From: Isurus oxyrinchus
Lineage: Eukaryota
Length of the DNA: 64,000 nt
NCBI GenBank assembly: GCA_026770705.1
Contig: JANJGN010000021.1
Coordinates: 80,848,001 to 80,912,000 of the forward strand
Direction: 5' to 3'
Part shown: piece after piece, positions 13,880 to 26,960 of the stretch
Layout: every line of letters begins with the position of its first letter
Position numbering within the stretch: position 1 is the first letter of the stretch
Translations under genes and position numbers: made by a program
Notes under the pieces: generated by a model
Told to the model about the DNA's origin: nothing
Seen by the model: the letters and a program-made list of their open reading frames with translations, nothing else
The model's database searches: none

Positions 13880-14740
13880 ATAGTACACTCAGTGTAGAAT
13901 CCTCCAGTGAGGAGAATGAGAAAAGGAGGGAGAGGAGGTCAGCAGCGCCCTGCTGGCTGATCACATGAGGGGCTTGCAAATGGTGGAGGGGCAGACTGCC
14001 AACAAGATCTCTAGCTGCAAGGATGGACCAGGAGAAGACCCTGCAGCCAGGGTCTATCGACAAGGTTATAACTACCTTCAGTTGTCGGAGCAGCAGTCTC
14101 TTTGTCTCTCCAAGAGACAGTGACATCTCTGAAGGATGCTGGCAGGGGAGATTAACTCCAATTGTGTAGGAGGCCACCCGATGCCTGTGGCTCTCAAGCT
14201 GACTGCTGCCTTGAACTTCTATGCCTCAGACTCATTTCAAGGAACAACTGGAGATCTGTGCAGCATCTACCAAGCAGCAGCCCATCACTGCATCAAGGTA
14301 GTGACCAGTGAATTATTCAGGAAAGCCAACATCAGATTCACAAAAGCTGATTCAGGTTGAGAGAACCAGAGGCTTCGTGCTAGGCTCTCAAGGCTCAACT
14401 CCATTAAGTCAATGACTGCACACATGTGACTATTGAGGCTCTCAGGGGCCAGCCAAAGGTATTCATCAACTACAAGGATTTCTCTCCCTCAGCTGGTGTG
14501 TGACCATCACCAGAAGATTCTGCAGGTTTTTGCTAGGAACAGACACAAAGTAAACATCCTCAGGGACTCCCAGGTGCAGCAGCTCTTCACTTCCCCAGCA
14601 CAACTAAAGAGATGGTTGTTTGATAACAAGGGTATCTGCTGAAGAGATGGTTGAGTGAGGAACCTCCAATGCTGAGGACCGCTACAACATCAGCCATGCA
14701 ACCACCAGAGCTACCATTAATTAGACCATTGTGAGGGGGC
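13880..14740 (+). mobile_element. Second Harbinger (HARBI1-like) transposase remnant
   Basis: GGHPMPVALKLTAALNFYASDSFQGTTGDLCSIYQAAAHHCIKVVT, then DCTHV, QLVCDHHQKILQV, DKG-like and RYNISHATTRATI motifs in shifting frames. Confidence 0.8.
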
Positions 14741-14927
14741 TAGAACCTTAATTTATGTCTGGAATTGTCCAGCATTTGCAATAAGACCAGTATTGGGTGT
14801 GAAAAAAGATGTTTTACCCACTGGCCACAACAATGGGTTTTCACACAGTATCGTCCCATTCCCAGCATGTCCTCATTAATAATGCAATCACAGGAAAAAC
14901 AGCGGAATGCTGACAGGCAGACTCGGA

Positions 14928-15106
14928 TTTTTTTTTTATTCATTCATGGGTTGTGGGTGTCACTGGCTGGACCAGCAATTATTGCCCATCTCTAGTTGCC
15001 CTTGAGAAGGTGGTAATGAACTGCCTTCTTGAGCCGCTGCAGTCCATGTGGTGTAGATACATCCACAGTGCTGTTAGGGAGGGAGCTCCAGGATTTTGAC
15101 CCAATG
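14928..15106 (-). mobile_element. Family B LINE 3' end fragment
   Basis: Same tail sequence as 11478 and 24695. Confidence 0.75.
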
Positions 15107-17634
15107 ACCGTGAGCTCCAGGCCCAACCACGACATGATCTCAGCTCTTTCTCCCTCCCGGCACCATATTTAAAGCACACCAGGGTGCAGCCTACTTCATC
15201 CCTGCAGACCACAACTACTCCAGATGACAGGTGGCCCCAAAAGCAGGAAGATGGCAGCCCCCAAATTAAGTGAAGCTACTAAAGCAGAGGAGGCCAGACA
15301 TCCAGTGCAGAAAGAGGATGAATCCGTTCTGCCAGGGGAACTCAACCGTTGCATCAATTCCAACACACACTCCCAAACCCATCACTCATCCAACAACTAC
15401 ATCACTTCCAGTACACTCCCAAACCCATCACATATCCACAGGACACTCACACCTCAAGGGACAATACCAATACCTCTTACACACACCCTCACATTTCCAT
15501 CAGGCTCATATCACAGAATCACAGAATCACACAGTACAGAAGAGGCCCTACGGCCCATCGAGTCTGCACCGACATGTGAAAAATACCTGACCTACCTACC
15601 TAATCCCATTTACCAGCACTTGGCCCACAGCCTTGAACGTTATGACATGCCAAGTGCTCTTCCAGGTCCAGGAAGGTCCAGCTCCCAGGCAGCGCATTCC
15701 AGACCGTCACCACCCTCTGGGTAAAAAGGTTTTTCCTCACATCCCCCCTAAGCATCCTGGCCCTCATTTTGAACTTGTGTCCCCTCGTGACTGACCCTTC
15801 AAATAAGGGGAACAGCTGATCCCTATCCACCCTGTCCATGCCCCTCATAATCTTGTACACCTCGATCAGGTCGCCCCTCAGTTTTCTCTGCTCCAACGAA
15901 AACAACCCAAGTTTATCCAACCTCTCTTCATAACTTAAATGTTTCATCCCAGACAACATCCTGGTGAATCTCCTCTGCACCCCCTCCAGTGCAATCACAT
16001 CCTTCCTGTAATGTGGCGACCAGAACTGCACACAGTACTCCAGCTGTGGCCTCACCAAGGTTTATACAACTCCAACATGACCTCCCTACTTTTACAATCT
16101 ATGCCTCGATTGATTAAGGCAAGTGTCCCATATGCCATTTTCACCACCCCACTAACATGTCCCTCCGCCTTCAGAGATCTATGGACACACACACCAAGAT
16201 CCCTTTGTTCCTCAGAACTTCCTAGTGTCAAGCCATTCATTGAATACTTCCATGTCAAATTATTTCTTCCAACGTGTATCACCTCACACTTCTCAGGGTT
16301 AAATTCCATCTGCCACTAATCTATCCCATTTGACCATCCCGTCTATATCTTCCTGTAGCCCAGGACACTCAGCCTCACTTTTAACCAACCAGCCAATCTT
16401 TGTGTCATCCACAAACTTACTAATCCTACCCCCCGCATAGTCATCTATGTCGTTTACAAAAATGACGAATAATAGGGGACCCAGCACAGATGCCTGTGGT
16501 ACACCACTGGACACTGGCTTCCAGTCACTAAAGCAGCCTTCTGTCATCACCCTCTGTCGCCTACAACTAAGCTAATTTTGAATTCACCTCATCAAATTAC
16601 CCTGTATCCCATGTTCATTTGTCTTCTTTATAAGTCTCTGATGCAGGACCTTGTCAAAGGCTTTGCTGAAATCCATATAAACTATATCAACTACACTACC
16701 CTCATCTACACACCTGGTCACCTCCTCAAAAAATTCAATCATATTTGTTAGGCATGATCTCCCCCTGATCAATCCTTACCTCTCCAAGTGGAGATAGGTT
16801 CTCTCCTTCAGAATTTTCTCCAACAGATTCCCTACCACTAACATGAGACTCACTGGTCTGTAGTTCCCTGGCTTATCGCTACAACCCTTCTTAAATAGCA
16901 GAACCACATTAGCTATTCTCCAGTCCTCTGGCACCTCCCCTGTGGCCAGAGAGGAATTAAAAATTTGGACCAAAACCCCTGCGATCTCCTCCCTTGTCTC
17001 CCTCAGCAGTCTGGGACACAAATAATCTGGACCTGGAGATTTGTCCACTTTTAAGCCTGCCAACACCTCCAATACCTTATCACTCCCTATATCAATTTGC
17101 TTAAGAACCTTGCAGTCTCTCACCCCGAGTTCAATACCTTCATCCTCATTCTCTTGGGTGAAGACGGATGTGAAGTATTCATTCAACACTGTACCGATAT
17201 CCTCTGGCTCCACCCATAGATTGCCCCCTTGGTCCCTAATAGGCCCTACTCTTTCCTTGGTTATCCTCTTCCCATTGATATAGAATATCTTGAGATTTTC
17301 CCTACTTTTACCAGCCAGAGCTTTCTCATATCCCCTCTTTGCTCTCCTAATTGCTTTAAGCTCCACCCTGCACTTTCTGTACTCCACTAATGCCTCTGCT
17401 GATTTGTTCCATCTGTACCTGCTAAAAGCCTCTCTTTTCCATCTCATCATATCCTGAATATCTCTGGTCATCCATGGTTCTCTGGGCTTGTTACTCCTTC
17501 CTATCACCCTAGAGGGAACATGTTGAGCCTGTAGCTTCCCCATTTCCTTTTTGAACGCCCCCCACTGCTCTTCTGTAGATTTCCCCACAAGAAGCTGTTC
17601 CTAGGCCACTTTGGCCAGATCCTGCCTTATTTTA

Positions 17635-20600
17635 GCTAGTTCCAGTTAGCAGAATCGGAGGGCGGAGTTCCAGAGAGGTGTGGATAAAAACCTTACCTCG
17701 GGGATTCGCGGCCTAGTTCCAGGGAGCAGAGTCAGAGGGCGGAGTTCCAGAGAGTGAGTATAATAACCTTACCTCGGGGATTTTTATATAAAAAAAAATT
17801 AAAAGTGACGTCCTGGTAAATCTGTGACCTGATTGGTAGTAGGGAATCTACACTGAATTTGAAACTAAAACATTGTTAAACTAATTAAACCAAATAAATT
17901 AATCACTTAATTAATAAGTAGAGGGTATCTAGACCAGAATCAGGGGATTACTGTTCTTAGAATTTAGCATTTATAGAAGAAATCTAGACCTAGGGAAAGT
18001 ATAGTTAATAAGGAGTCAATAAGCAGTTTTTGGATTTAAATTAATTTATTAAATAGTTCTAGAAATGGCAGTTGCTGGGGTGAAGTGCTTCACCTGTGGG
18101 ATGTGGGAAATTGGTGTCCCGGACAACTCCATCTGCAGGAAGTGTACCCAATTGCAGCTCCTCACAGACCGCGTGGATCGGTTGGAGCAGCAGCTGGATG
18201 CACTTAGGAGCATTCAGGTGGCGGAAAGCGTCATTGACAGGAGTTTTGGAGATGTGGTCACACCTAAGATACAGACAGAAAGATGGGTGACTGCTAGAAG
18301 GGGCAGGCAGTCAGTGCAGAAATCCCCTGTGGCTGTCCCCCTCTCTAACAGGTATACCATTTTGGATACTGTTGGGGGGGGTGGCCTATCAGGGGAAATC
18401 AACAGCAGTAGCCAGAGTAGTGGCACCACGGCTGTCTCTGTTGTTCAGGGGGGGTGGGGGGGTGGTGGGAGGGTGGTGTCAAAGCACAGAGGAGCAATTG
18501 TCATAGGGGACTCTATAGTCAGGGGCTCAGATAGGCACTTCTGTGGTCGTGAAAGAGACACCAGGATGGTATGTTGCCTCCCTGGTGCCTGGGTCCAGGA
18601 GGTCTCTGACTGGGTACGGGACATCTGAAGGGGGAGGGAGAACAGCCAGAGGTCGTGGTACACATTGGTACTAATGACATAGGCAGGAAGAGTGACAAGG
18701 TCCTGCAGCGGGAGTTCAGGGAGTTAGGCAGAAAGTTAAAAAACAGGACATCTAGGGTTGTAATCTCAGGATTACTCCCTGTGCCATGTGCCAGTGAGGC
18801 TAGAAATAGGAAGATAGTGCAGCTGAACACATGGCTGAACAGATGGTGTAGGAGGGAGGGTTTCCGATATCTGGATCATTGGGATCTCTTCTGGGGCAGG
18901 TGGGACCTGTACAAGAAGGACAGGTTGCATCTAAACTGGAGGAGCACCAATATCCTGGCTGTGAGATTTGCTAGTGTCACTTGGGAGGGTTTAAACTAGT
19001 ATGGCAGGGGGGTGGGAACCAGAGCAATAGGTCAGGAGGTGAAATAAATGACTGGGAACCAGTGAATATGGCCAGTAGGACTAAGAGGAAGGGCAGGCAG
19101 GGAGAAATTACTGAACACAGTGGGACTGGGGGTCTGAAATGCATTTGTTTCAATGCGAGAAGTATAACAGGCAAGGCAGATGAGCTTAGAGCTTGGATTA
19201 GTACATGGGACTATGATGTTATTGCTATTACAGAGACTTGGTTGAAGGATGGACAGGATTGGCAGATAAACGTTCCAAGATTGAGATATTTCAGGCAGGA
19301 TAGAGAGGGATTTAGAAGACGTAGGGGAGTTGCACTACTGGTTAAGGGGAATATCACAGCAGTACAACAGGAGGACACCTCATTGGCCTCATGCAGCGAG
19401 GCAATATGGGTAGAGCTCCGGAATAGGAAGGGTGCAGTCACAATGTTGGGGGTTTACTATAGGCCTCCCAACTGCCGGTGGGAGATTGAGGAACAGTTAT
19501 GAGGGCAGATTTTGGAAAGATGTAAGAGCAATAGGGTTGTTGTGGTGGGTGATTTTAACTTTCACTATATTGACTGGGAATCACTTAATGCTAGAGGTTT
19601 GGATGGTGCAGAATTTGTAAGGTGCATCCAGGAGGGCTTCCTGAGACAATATGTAGATAGTCCAACTAGGGAAGGGGCAATACTGGACCCAGTATTAGGG
19701 AATGAACCCAGCCAGGTGGTCGAAGTTTCAGTAGGAGAGCATTTCGGAAAAAGTGACCATAATTCAGTAAGTTTCAAGGTACTGGTGGATAAGGATAACT
19801 GGAGTCCTCGGGTTAAGGTACTTAATTGGGGGAAGGCTAATTATAACAATATAAGGCAGGAACTGAGGAATCTAGACTGGAGGCGGATGTTTAAGGGCAA
19901 ATCAACAACTGACATGTTGGGGGCTTTCAAACGTCAGTTGTTAAGATTTCAGGACCGGCATGTTCCTGCTAGGATGAAGGATAAGCATGGCAAGTTTCAG
20001 GAACCTTGGATAACAGAGGATATTGTGAGATTAGTCAAAAAGAAAAGGGAAACATTCGTGAGGGCTAGAAAGCTGGAAACAGATGAAGCCCATGGAGAAA
20101 ACAAAGAAAGTAGGAAGAAACTTGAGCAAGGAGTCAGGAGGCCTAAAAGGGGTCATGAAAAGTCACTGGCAACCAGGATTAAGGAAAATCCCAAGGCCTT
20201 TTATACATATTTAAAGGTCAAGAGGGTAGCCAGGGAAAGGGTGGGCCCACTCAGGGACAGAGGTGGGAATCTGTGTGTGGAGCCAGAAGAAATGGGAGAG
20301 ATACTGAATGAATACTTCTCATCAGTATTCACCAAAGAGAAGAACTTAGCGGTCGATTTGTCTAGGGAAGAGTGTGTAGATAGCCTGGATCATGTTGAGA
20401 TCAAAACAGAGGAGGTGTTAGGCGTCTTGAAGAATATTAAGGTGGATACGTCCCGAGGGCCAGATGGGATCTACCCCAGAGTAGTGAGGGAGGCAAGGGA
20501 GGAGATTGCTAGGGCCTTGACAGAAATCTTTACATCCTCACTGGCTATGGGTGAGGTCCCAGAGGACTGGAGAATGGCCAATGTTGTTCCATTGTTTAAG

Positions 20601-22011
20601 AAGGGTGGCAGGGATAATCCAGCAAATTATAGGCCAGTGAGCCTTACGTCAGTGGTAGGGAAATTATTGGAGAAGATTCTTCGTGACAGGATTTACTACC
20701 ATTTAGAAGCAAATGGGCGTATTAGTGAGAGGCAGCATGGTTTTGTGAAGGGGAAGTCGTGTCTCACTAACTTGATTGAGTTTTTCGAGGAAGTGACAAA
20801 GATGATCGACGATGGAAGGGCAGTGGATGTTATATACATGGATTTCAGTAAGGCTTTTGACAAGGTCCCTCATGGCAGACTGGTACAGAAGGTAAAGTCG
20901 CACGGGATCAGAGGTTAGCTGGCAGGATGGATACAGAATTGGCTTGGTCATAGAAGACAGTGGGTAGCAGTGGAAGGGTGCTTTTCTGAATGGAGAGCTG
21001 TGACTAGTGGAGTTCCGCAGGGATCAGTGCTGGGACCTTTGCTGTTTGTAGTATACATAAATGATTTGGAGGAAAAGGTAACTGGGCTAATTAGTAAGTT
21101 TGCAGATGACACCAAGGTTGGAGGAGTTGCAGATAGTGAAGAGGATTGTCAAAGGATACCACGGGATATAGATTGGTTGGAGACTTGGGTGGAGAAATGG
21201 CAGATGGAGTTTAATCTGGACAAATGCAAGGTAATGCATTTTGGAAGGTCTAATAAAGGCAGGAATTACACAGTAAATGGCAGAACCCTTAACTGCATCA
21301 ACGGGCAGAGGGATCTGGGTGTACAGGTCCACAGGTCACTGAAAGTGGCAACGCAGATGGATAAGGTAGTCAGGAAGGCATATGGCATGCTTGCCTTCAT
21401 TGGCAGGGGTATTGAGTATAAAAGCTGGGAAGTCATGCTGCAGCTGTATAGAACATTGATTAGGCCACACTTGAAATATTGCGTGCAATTCTAGTCACTA
21501 CATTAGCAGAAGGATATGGAGGTGTTGGAGAGGCTGCAGAGGAGGTTTGCCAGGATGCTGCCTAGTCTGGAGGTTATTAACTATGAGGAGAGGTTGAAGA
21601 AACTCAGATTGTTCTCACTAGAGCGACGGAGATTGAGGGGCAACTTGATAGAAGTTTACAAAATTATGAGTGGCATGGACAGAGTTGATAGTCAGAAGCT
21701 TTTTCCCAGGGTGGAAGAGTCGATTACTAGGGGACATAGATTTAAGGTGAGAGGAGAAAACTATAAAGGTGATGTGCAGGGCAAGTTTTTTACGCAGAGG
21801 GTAGTAAGTATTTGGAATTCGCTGCCTAAGGAAGTGGTGGAAGTAGGTACGATAGTGGTGTTTAAGAGGCAGCTTGACAAATACATGAATAGGATGGGAA
21901 TAGAGGGATACGGACCCCAGAAGTGCAAAATGTTTTAGTTGACAGGCAATATGATCGGCGCAGGTTTGGAGGGCCAAAGGGTCTGTTGCTGTGCTGTACT
22001 TTTCTTTGTTC
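17635..22011 (+). mobile_element. Near-intact full-length CR1 LINE nested in the opposite orientation
   Basis: 5' UTR with a duplicated monomer; ORF1 from 18065 (CxxC-CxxC zinc finger plus GDS/GTND esterase); ORF2 APE (NARSI, ITETWL, GDFN, SDH) and RT (YMDFSKAFDKVPH, GVPQGSVLGP, FADD) with a few stops and frameshifts; (TTCTTTG) tail; TTTA duplicated at 17631-17634 and 22012-22015. Confidence 0.93.
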
Positions 22012-22454
22012 TTTACTAAAATCCGCTCTCCCCAATCCAAAACATTTTTTTTTGCAACTTGTCTATTTCTTTAACCATAACAAGCTTAAATTGTACCATG
22101 TTGTGGTCGCTATCACTAAAATGCTCCCCCCTCCACCACCTCAGCCACCTGTCCGGTTTCATTCCCCAGAATTTGGTCCAGCACTGCGCCGTTCCTTGTT
22201 GGACCCTCTACATATTGCCTTAAAAGGTTCTCCTTTACACATTTCAAGAAGTCCACTTCATCCAAGCCCTTAACACTAGGTCTATCCCAATTAATGTTGG
22301 GAAAGTTGAAATCACCTAATATAATTACCCTATTGCTATTGTTTTTACACACCTCTGCGAATTGTGCACATATTTGCTCCTCAATTTCCTGCTGACTATC
22401 TGAGGGTCTATAATAAACACCTAACAATGTGGCTGTCCGTTTTTTATTCCTAAG

Positions 22455-22595
22455 AGATAAAAAAAAACTGCGGATGCTGGAAATCCAAAACAAAAACAGA
22501 ATTACTTGGAAAAACTCAGCAGGTCTGGCAGCATTGGCGGAACTCTGCCGATGCTGCCAGACCTGCTGAGCTTTTCCAGGTAATTCTGTTTTTGA
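22455..22595. mobile_element. Palindromic Penelope-terminus mini-insertion
   Basis: Inverted arms (CAAAAACAGAATTAC.TGGAAAA.CTCAGCAGGTCTGGCAGCAT.GGC) with a short loop. A 14-bp TSD TTTTTATTCCTAAG lies at 22441-22454 and 22596-22609. The insertion splits the CR1 motif ELRNK|KRTATLLGVYYRP. Confidence 0.85.
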
Positions 22596-24694
22596 TTTTT
22601 ATTCCTAAGCTCTACCCACAAAGTTTCATTCAATGCCCCCTCCAAGATATCATCTCTCCTTACTGCAGTAACTGACTCCTTAACTAATAATACAATGCCT
22701 CCTCCTCTTTTACCCCCTCCCCTGTCTAGCCTGAAGATTCTATATCCCGGAATGTTGAGCTGCCAATCATATCCCTCCCTCAACCCTGTCTCTCTGATGG
22801 CTACTATATCATAATTCCACGTGTCAATCCTCACCCTTAACTCATCTGTTTTACCTGTAATACTCCTGGCATCAAAGTAGAGGCTATCCAGCCTTGCCTT
22901 ACTCCCTTGAAACTTAATGCAGCTGTACTCCCTCTGACTTGATTGTTTTACTGTATTATGATGTGTCCCTATTCTGCTAACATTCTGTGTCCCCTCCCCC
23001 TGCCGAATTAGTTTAAATTCCTCCCAACAGCACTAGCAAACCCGCCCTCAAGGATGTTAGTCCCTCTCTGGTTCAGATGTGGACCGTCCCACTAGTACAG
23101 GTTCCACCTTCCCCAGAAATGGTCCAAGTGATCCAGGAATCTGAAACCCTCCCTTCTGCACCAACTCTTAAACCACGGATTCATCTGCGCTATACTCCTA
23201 TTTATGTGCTTACTAGCACGTAGCACTGGGAGTAATCCAGAGATTACAACCCAAGAGGTCTTGCTTTTTAGTCTACCTACTAACTCCCTGAATTCTTGAT
23301 GCAAGATCTCATCCCTCTTTCTACCTATGTCATTGGTACCAACATGTACCATGACCTCTGCCTTATCACTCTCCCCCTTCAGGATGCCTTGCAGCCATTC
23401 AGTGACATCCCAGACCCTGGCACCAGGGAGGCAACACAACACCCTGGAGTCACGTTGACAGCCACAGTAGCGCCTATCTGTTCCCCTGACTATAGAATCC
23501 CCTATTACTATCGCTCTTCCTCCTTTCCTCCCCTCCTGTACAGACAGGCTGCTTGTGGTGCCAGAAGCTTGGCTCTGTCTGCACTCCCTGGAGGAATCAA
23601 CCTCCAAAATGGAATACCAATTTATGAGCGGGACCCCAGGGGACTCCTGAACTACCTGCCTGTTTCTCTTGAGCTGCCTGGTGGTCACCCATTCCCTTCC
23701 TTTCTCAAGTTCCTTCAACTGCGGTGTGACCATCTCTCTAAACGTGCTATCCACGATGCTCTCAGACGCTCCACATTGTCCACAGCCGCAGTTCCAGCTC
23801 TGAAACCCGAGCTTCCAGGAGCTGCAGCTGGACACACTTCCTGCACACATGCTGGTCCCGGGCACTGGAAATGTTCCCAACTTCCCACATGGAGCACGAG
23901 GAGCACACCACGGCTTTGAGCTGTCCTGTCATGACCTAGCCCTCTAAATTAAACCTTTTAAATCAATTACTTTAGGGCCCTTCATTCCTGATCCTTGTTA
24001 CTACAGAATATACAAACTATAAACCACAAAAAGACCTTAAACTATAAGCAATAAAAGTAAATACTTACCCGACCTTACCCACTACTTACCAGTCATTCCT
24101 CTCCCTTGTAGCCTCTAATGCTGCAGCAGGGAAAGACCACTCTCTGAAGATTTAAAGAAATTGGATAGCAAAGAAAAAATGCAAAGAGCACCTCTTCTCC
24201 TCTGCACCGAATTCACACTGTGCACCAAGTTTCCAATATCCACACGCACTCTGGCTGTGTCTCACTCAGGATGAGGTCTCTCTCCTGTTTGTGTGCAAGC
24301 ACGTCTGGAGCTCGCATCCTCATCCTGTCCATGGCTCTGCTCACCACACAAATATTCCACTTAGTGCCATGCACCCTGCTCCTGCTCACACTCTGTCCAT
24401 CTGTTTTTATGCAGTTGAAGCTGCCTCACAACAGCAGGGAGAGGTCCTCGACTGGGGAAGGGGGAGAGCTGGGGGTGGGGTGGGGTGTGTGGTAGAGTGG
24501 CCTGCATTAGGCCCCTGACTCACTTTGAGGAGTGTGCCATCATACTGACTGGTGAGGACGTGGACCATGCCTACAGTGACAATGAGGTCGGTGGCGAACA
24601 CCCACAATGAAGATCCAGCACCACATCATCCCTCTGTCAAAGCAACTGTGAGTGCTCTCTCTCCTGCTTTTATCTCTGCTGCCATGCACTAATT

Positions 24695-25150
24695 CTTTTT
24701 TATATTCATTTATGGGATGTGGGCATCACTGGCCAGGCCAGCATTTATTGCCCATCCCTAATTGCCTTTGAGAAGGTGGTGGTGAGCTGCCTTCTTGAAC
24801 TGCTGCAGTCCATGTGGTGTAGTTACACCCACTGTGCTATTAAGGAGGGAGTTCCAGGATTTTAACCCATGACAGTGAAGGAACAGCAATATAGATGGTG
24901 AGTGGTTTGGAGAGGAACTTCCAGGTGGTGGAGTTCCGATGTGTCTGTAGCCCTTGTCCTTCTAGATGGTAGTGGTTGTGGCTTTGGAAAGTGGTGTCTA
25001 AGGAGCCTTGGTGCATCTTGTAGATGGTACTCACTGCTGCTAGTGTGCGTCAGTGGTGGAGGGAGTGAATGTTTGTGGAAGGGGTGCCAATCAAGTGTGC
25101 TGCTTTGTCCTGAATAGTGTCAAGCTTCTTGAGTATTGTTGGTGCTGTAC
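24695..25150 (-). mobile_element. Family B LINE 3' end fragment
   Basis: APTILKKLDTIQDKAAHLIGTPS plus the family tail. Confidence 0.8.
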
Positions 25151-26189
25151 TTTGGTTCACAAGAAACTCTACCAAATGACTGACGCCCTCAATCAGCCAG
25201 TCCCTTAGCTCCATCAACATCCTCACCTCAGCCAAGAGGACAGCTCAGCCATTGAACAGCTGGAAGACTGTCACTGGAAGACCCATCACGGCGCTTACCC
25301 ACACCCTCCACCAGTGCAGGGACACACACCTCGTTGGGACCTAGATCTACAGCAGGCTTGGGTTCACAATCTGGTGGTCACCGCATATACACGTGTCTGC
25401 AGCAGGAGGAGACAGTTCAGTTGGGCTTCCCCTCCAAATTCTCTCCCTCCGAGTTCCCTTTGCCTATGACTCCCTCAACCTTGTCCTTTGTCACCGCAGA
25501 GGGAGGAGTTAGCCTACAGGAGGACAACCAAAGCAAGCCGGGGCCCTTATGCAAAAATCATCAGAGGCAACAGGGCCAACCATTGCATAGGATGTATCCA
25601 CCCCTCCTGCAGATGTCAGGGCAGCACCTAAAAGCCGTGGTGGGCTCAGAATTCTGATCACAAAAGGTGAACAGATTTTGTCACTTTATAATCTGGAAAT
25701 ATATTCACTCTCACTGAATAATGTGTAATGGTGTCTTTTCAGCTTCATTTACAGGATTTGTGAGTTCTCCCCCTGCATTCCCCCCTCACCACCCCACGCC
25801 ACCACCCCACCACTTCCCACCACTAACAGTTCATCTGCACACAGCCAACCCACCAGTGATTCTAGAGGGAAATGTGTATGTATGACAGGGCCTTTCAGAG
25901 CCTCATACAAGCACTCTCCCATGCACGAGGACTCTTTATCCATCACACTCATCTCACTCTCCTGAGCATTTTTCAATGCTGCCTGCTGGGGTTCTCTCTC
26001 TGGTGTCTATCTGAGCTTACCTGCATTTCTGCCCACGCACTGATCACGTTCCATGCAGCACCCATGCCCACTCAACACGAGGCTCCGCTCACTTTCGATT
26101 TGTATGAGATAATCGTAGTCAAGTTTTTGTTTAGCTCCCCTGTCCTTTACCCCATCACTGTCGACCCACCAGCATCACCCTGAACCCTT

Positions 26190-26960
26190 GTCATTCCTGG
26201 ATGTCCAAGTGAACGTGCATGTGGAATGTGGATCCCCACCCCCATTCACATTGACATCCCCAAACTCCTCCTTTTACCCCCCTGGGTCTGTGTCTGCCTC
26301 TGTGTCTCCACCAACCACCCTCGCTGTCCCTTCAACCATTACCAAGGCACCCTCACCCTCCCACCCTACTGGCTCCTTCTGCCCTCTCCCATACTCACCA
26401 TTCCCTCCTACTACGCCCACGCTCAGTTCGCTCCCTAGGAAACAGTGTTTGACTTCACAGGCCCCTCGATTACATGTTCATCTGGACATCCCTCCACCCC
26501 TTACTCCTTCATCCCCCAGATACCTTCCCCTCTCCGAACTCCCTCCTCCGCCACTGCCACCCCCCCCTCCCCAGCCCCCTGACACCACCCCCCCCCCCCA
26601 CTGAACTCACTCCTCCCCTTGGACACCTTCCCCTCTCCGAATTCTCTCCTCCTCTTGGACACTTTCCCACCTCCAAACTCCCTCCCTTACACCTTCCTTC
26701 CCATTTCCACCTACCTCCCCACTTGTAGTATTCTCCCCCATTATACCCTCCCCTCCCTCCAGTACTCCCTCCTCCCCTGACACCTTTGTTACCCCACAAC
26801 CTCACCCCAACCAACACCTTTGTTCCCCCCCCCAAACCTCACCCCCCACCGACACCTTCATCCCCTCCTTTCCAACCTCATTCCTCCCCCCAGTACACCT
26901 TTCTCTCCCACTTGCACAAAAACCTTCTTCTCTCTACCCCACCCACCTCACCAATAATCC
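26190..26960. repeat. C-rich low-complexity polypyrimidine tract
   Basis: Dense CCCC/CCTCC runs with short imperfect repeats (GGACAC.TT.CC.CTCC.AA). Confidence 0.7.

Larger units (their letters stand above)
15510..24290 (-). mobile_element. Full-length decayed CR1 LINE (minus strand), split into 24290..22012 and 17634..15510
   Basis: ORF1 SGNH esterase (IVIGDSIVRG, VHVGTNDIG), APE (YDIVAIRETGL, GVYYRP, ILGDFNFP) and RT (YMDFSKAFDKV, GVPQASVLGP, FVDD, VRPQLEYC), with an (ATTCTGTG)n tail at 15510-15530. The ORF2 frame ..GRADFSK|IRQDLAK.. rejoins across the inner insertion. Confidence 0.88.
15224..25640 (+). mobile_element. Remnant of a Harbinger Myb/SANT-like accessory gene, interrupted by nested CR1s
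   Basis: IQCRKRMN at ~15298-15320 and, after an acceptor-like TTTTTATGCAG at ~24413, LKLPHNSRERSSTGEG. Both are typical of Harbinger Myb-like proteins. Confidence 0.5.

Noticed and set aside
17635-22011. Active autonomous CR1
   Set aside because: ORF1 is frameshifted and ORF2 has in-frame stops (~19500, ~20916, ~21492).
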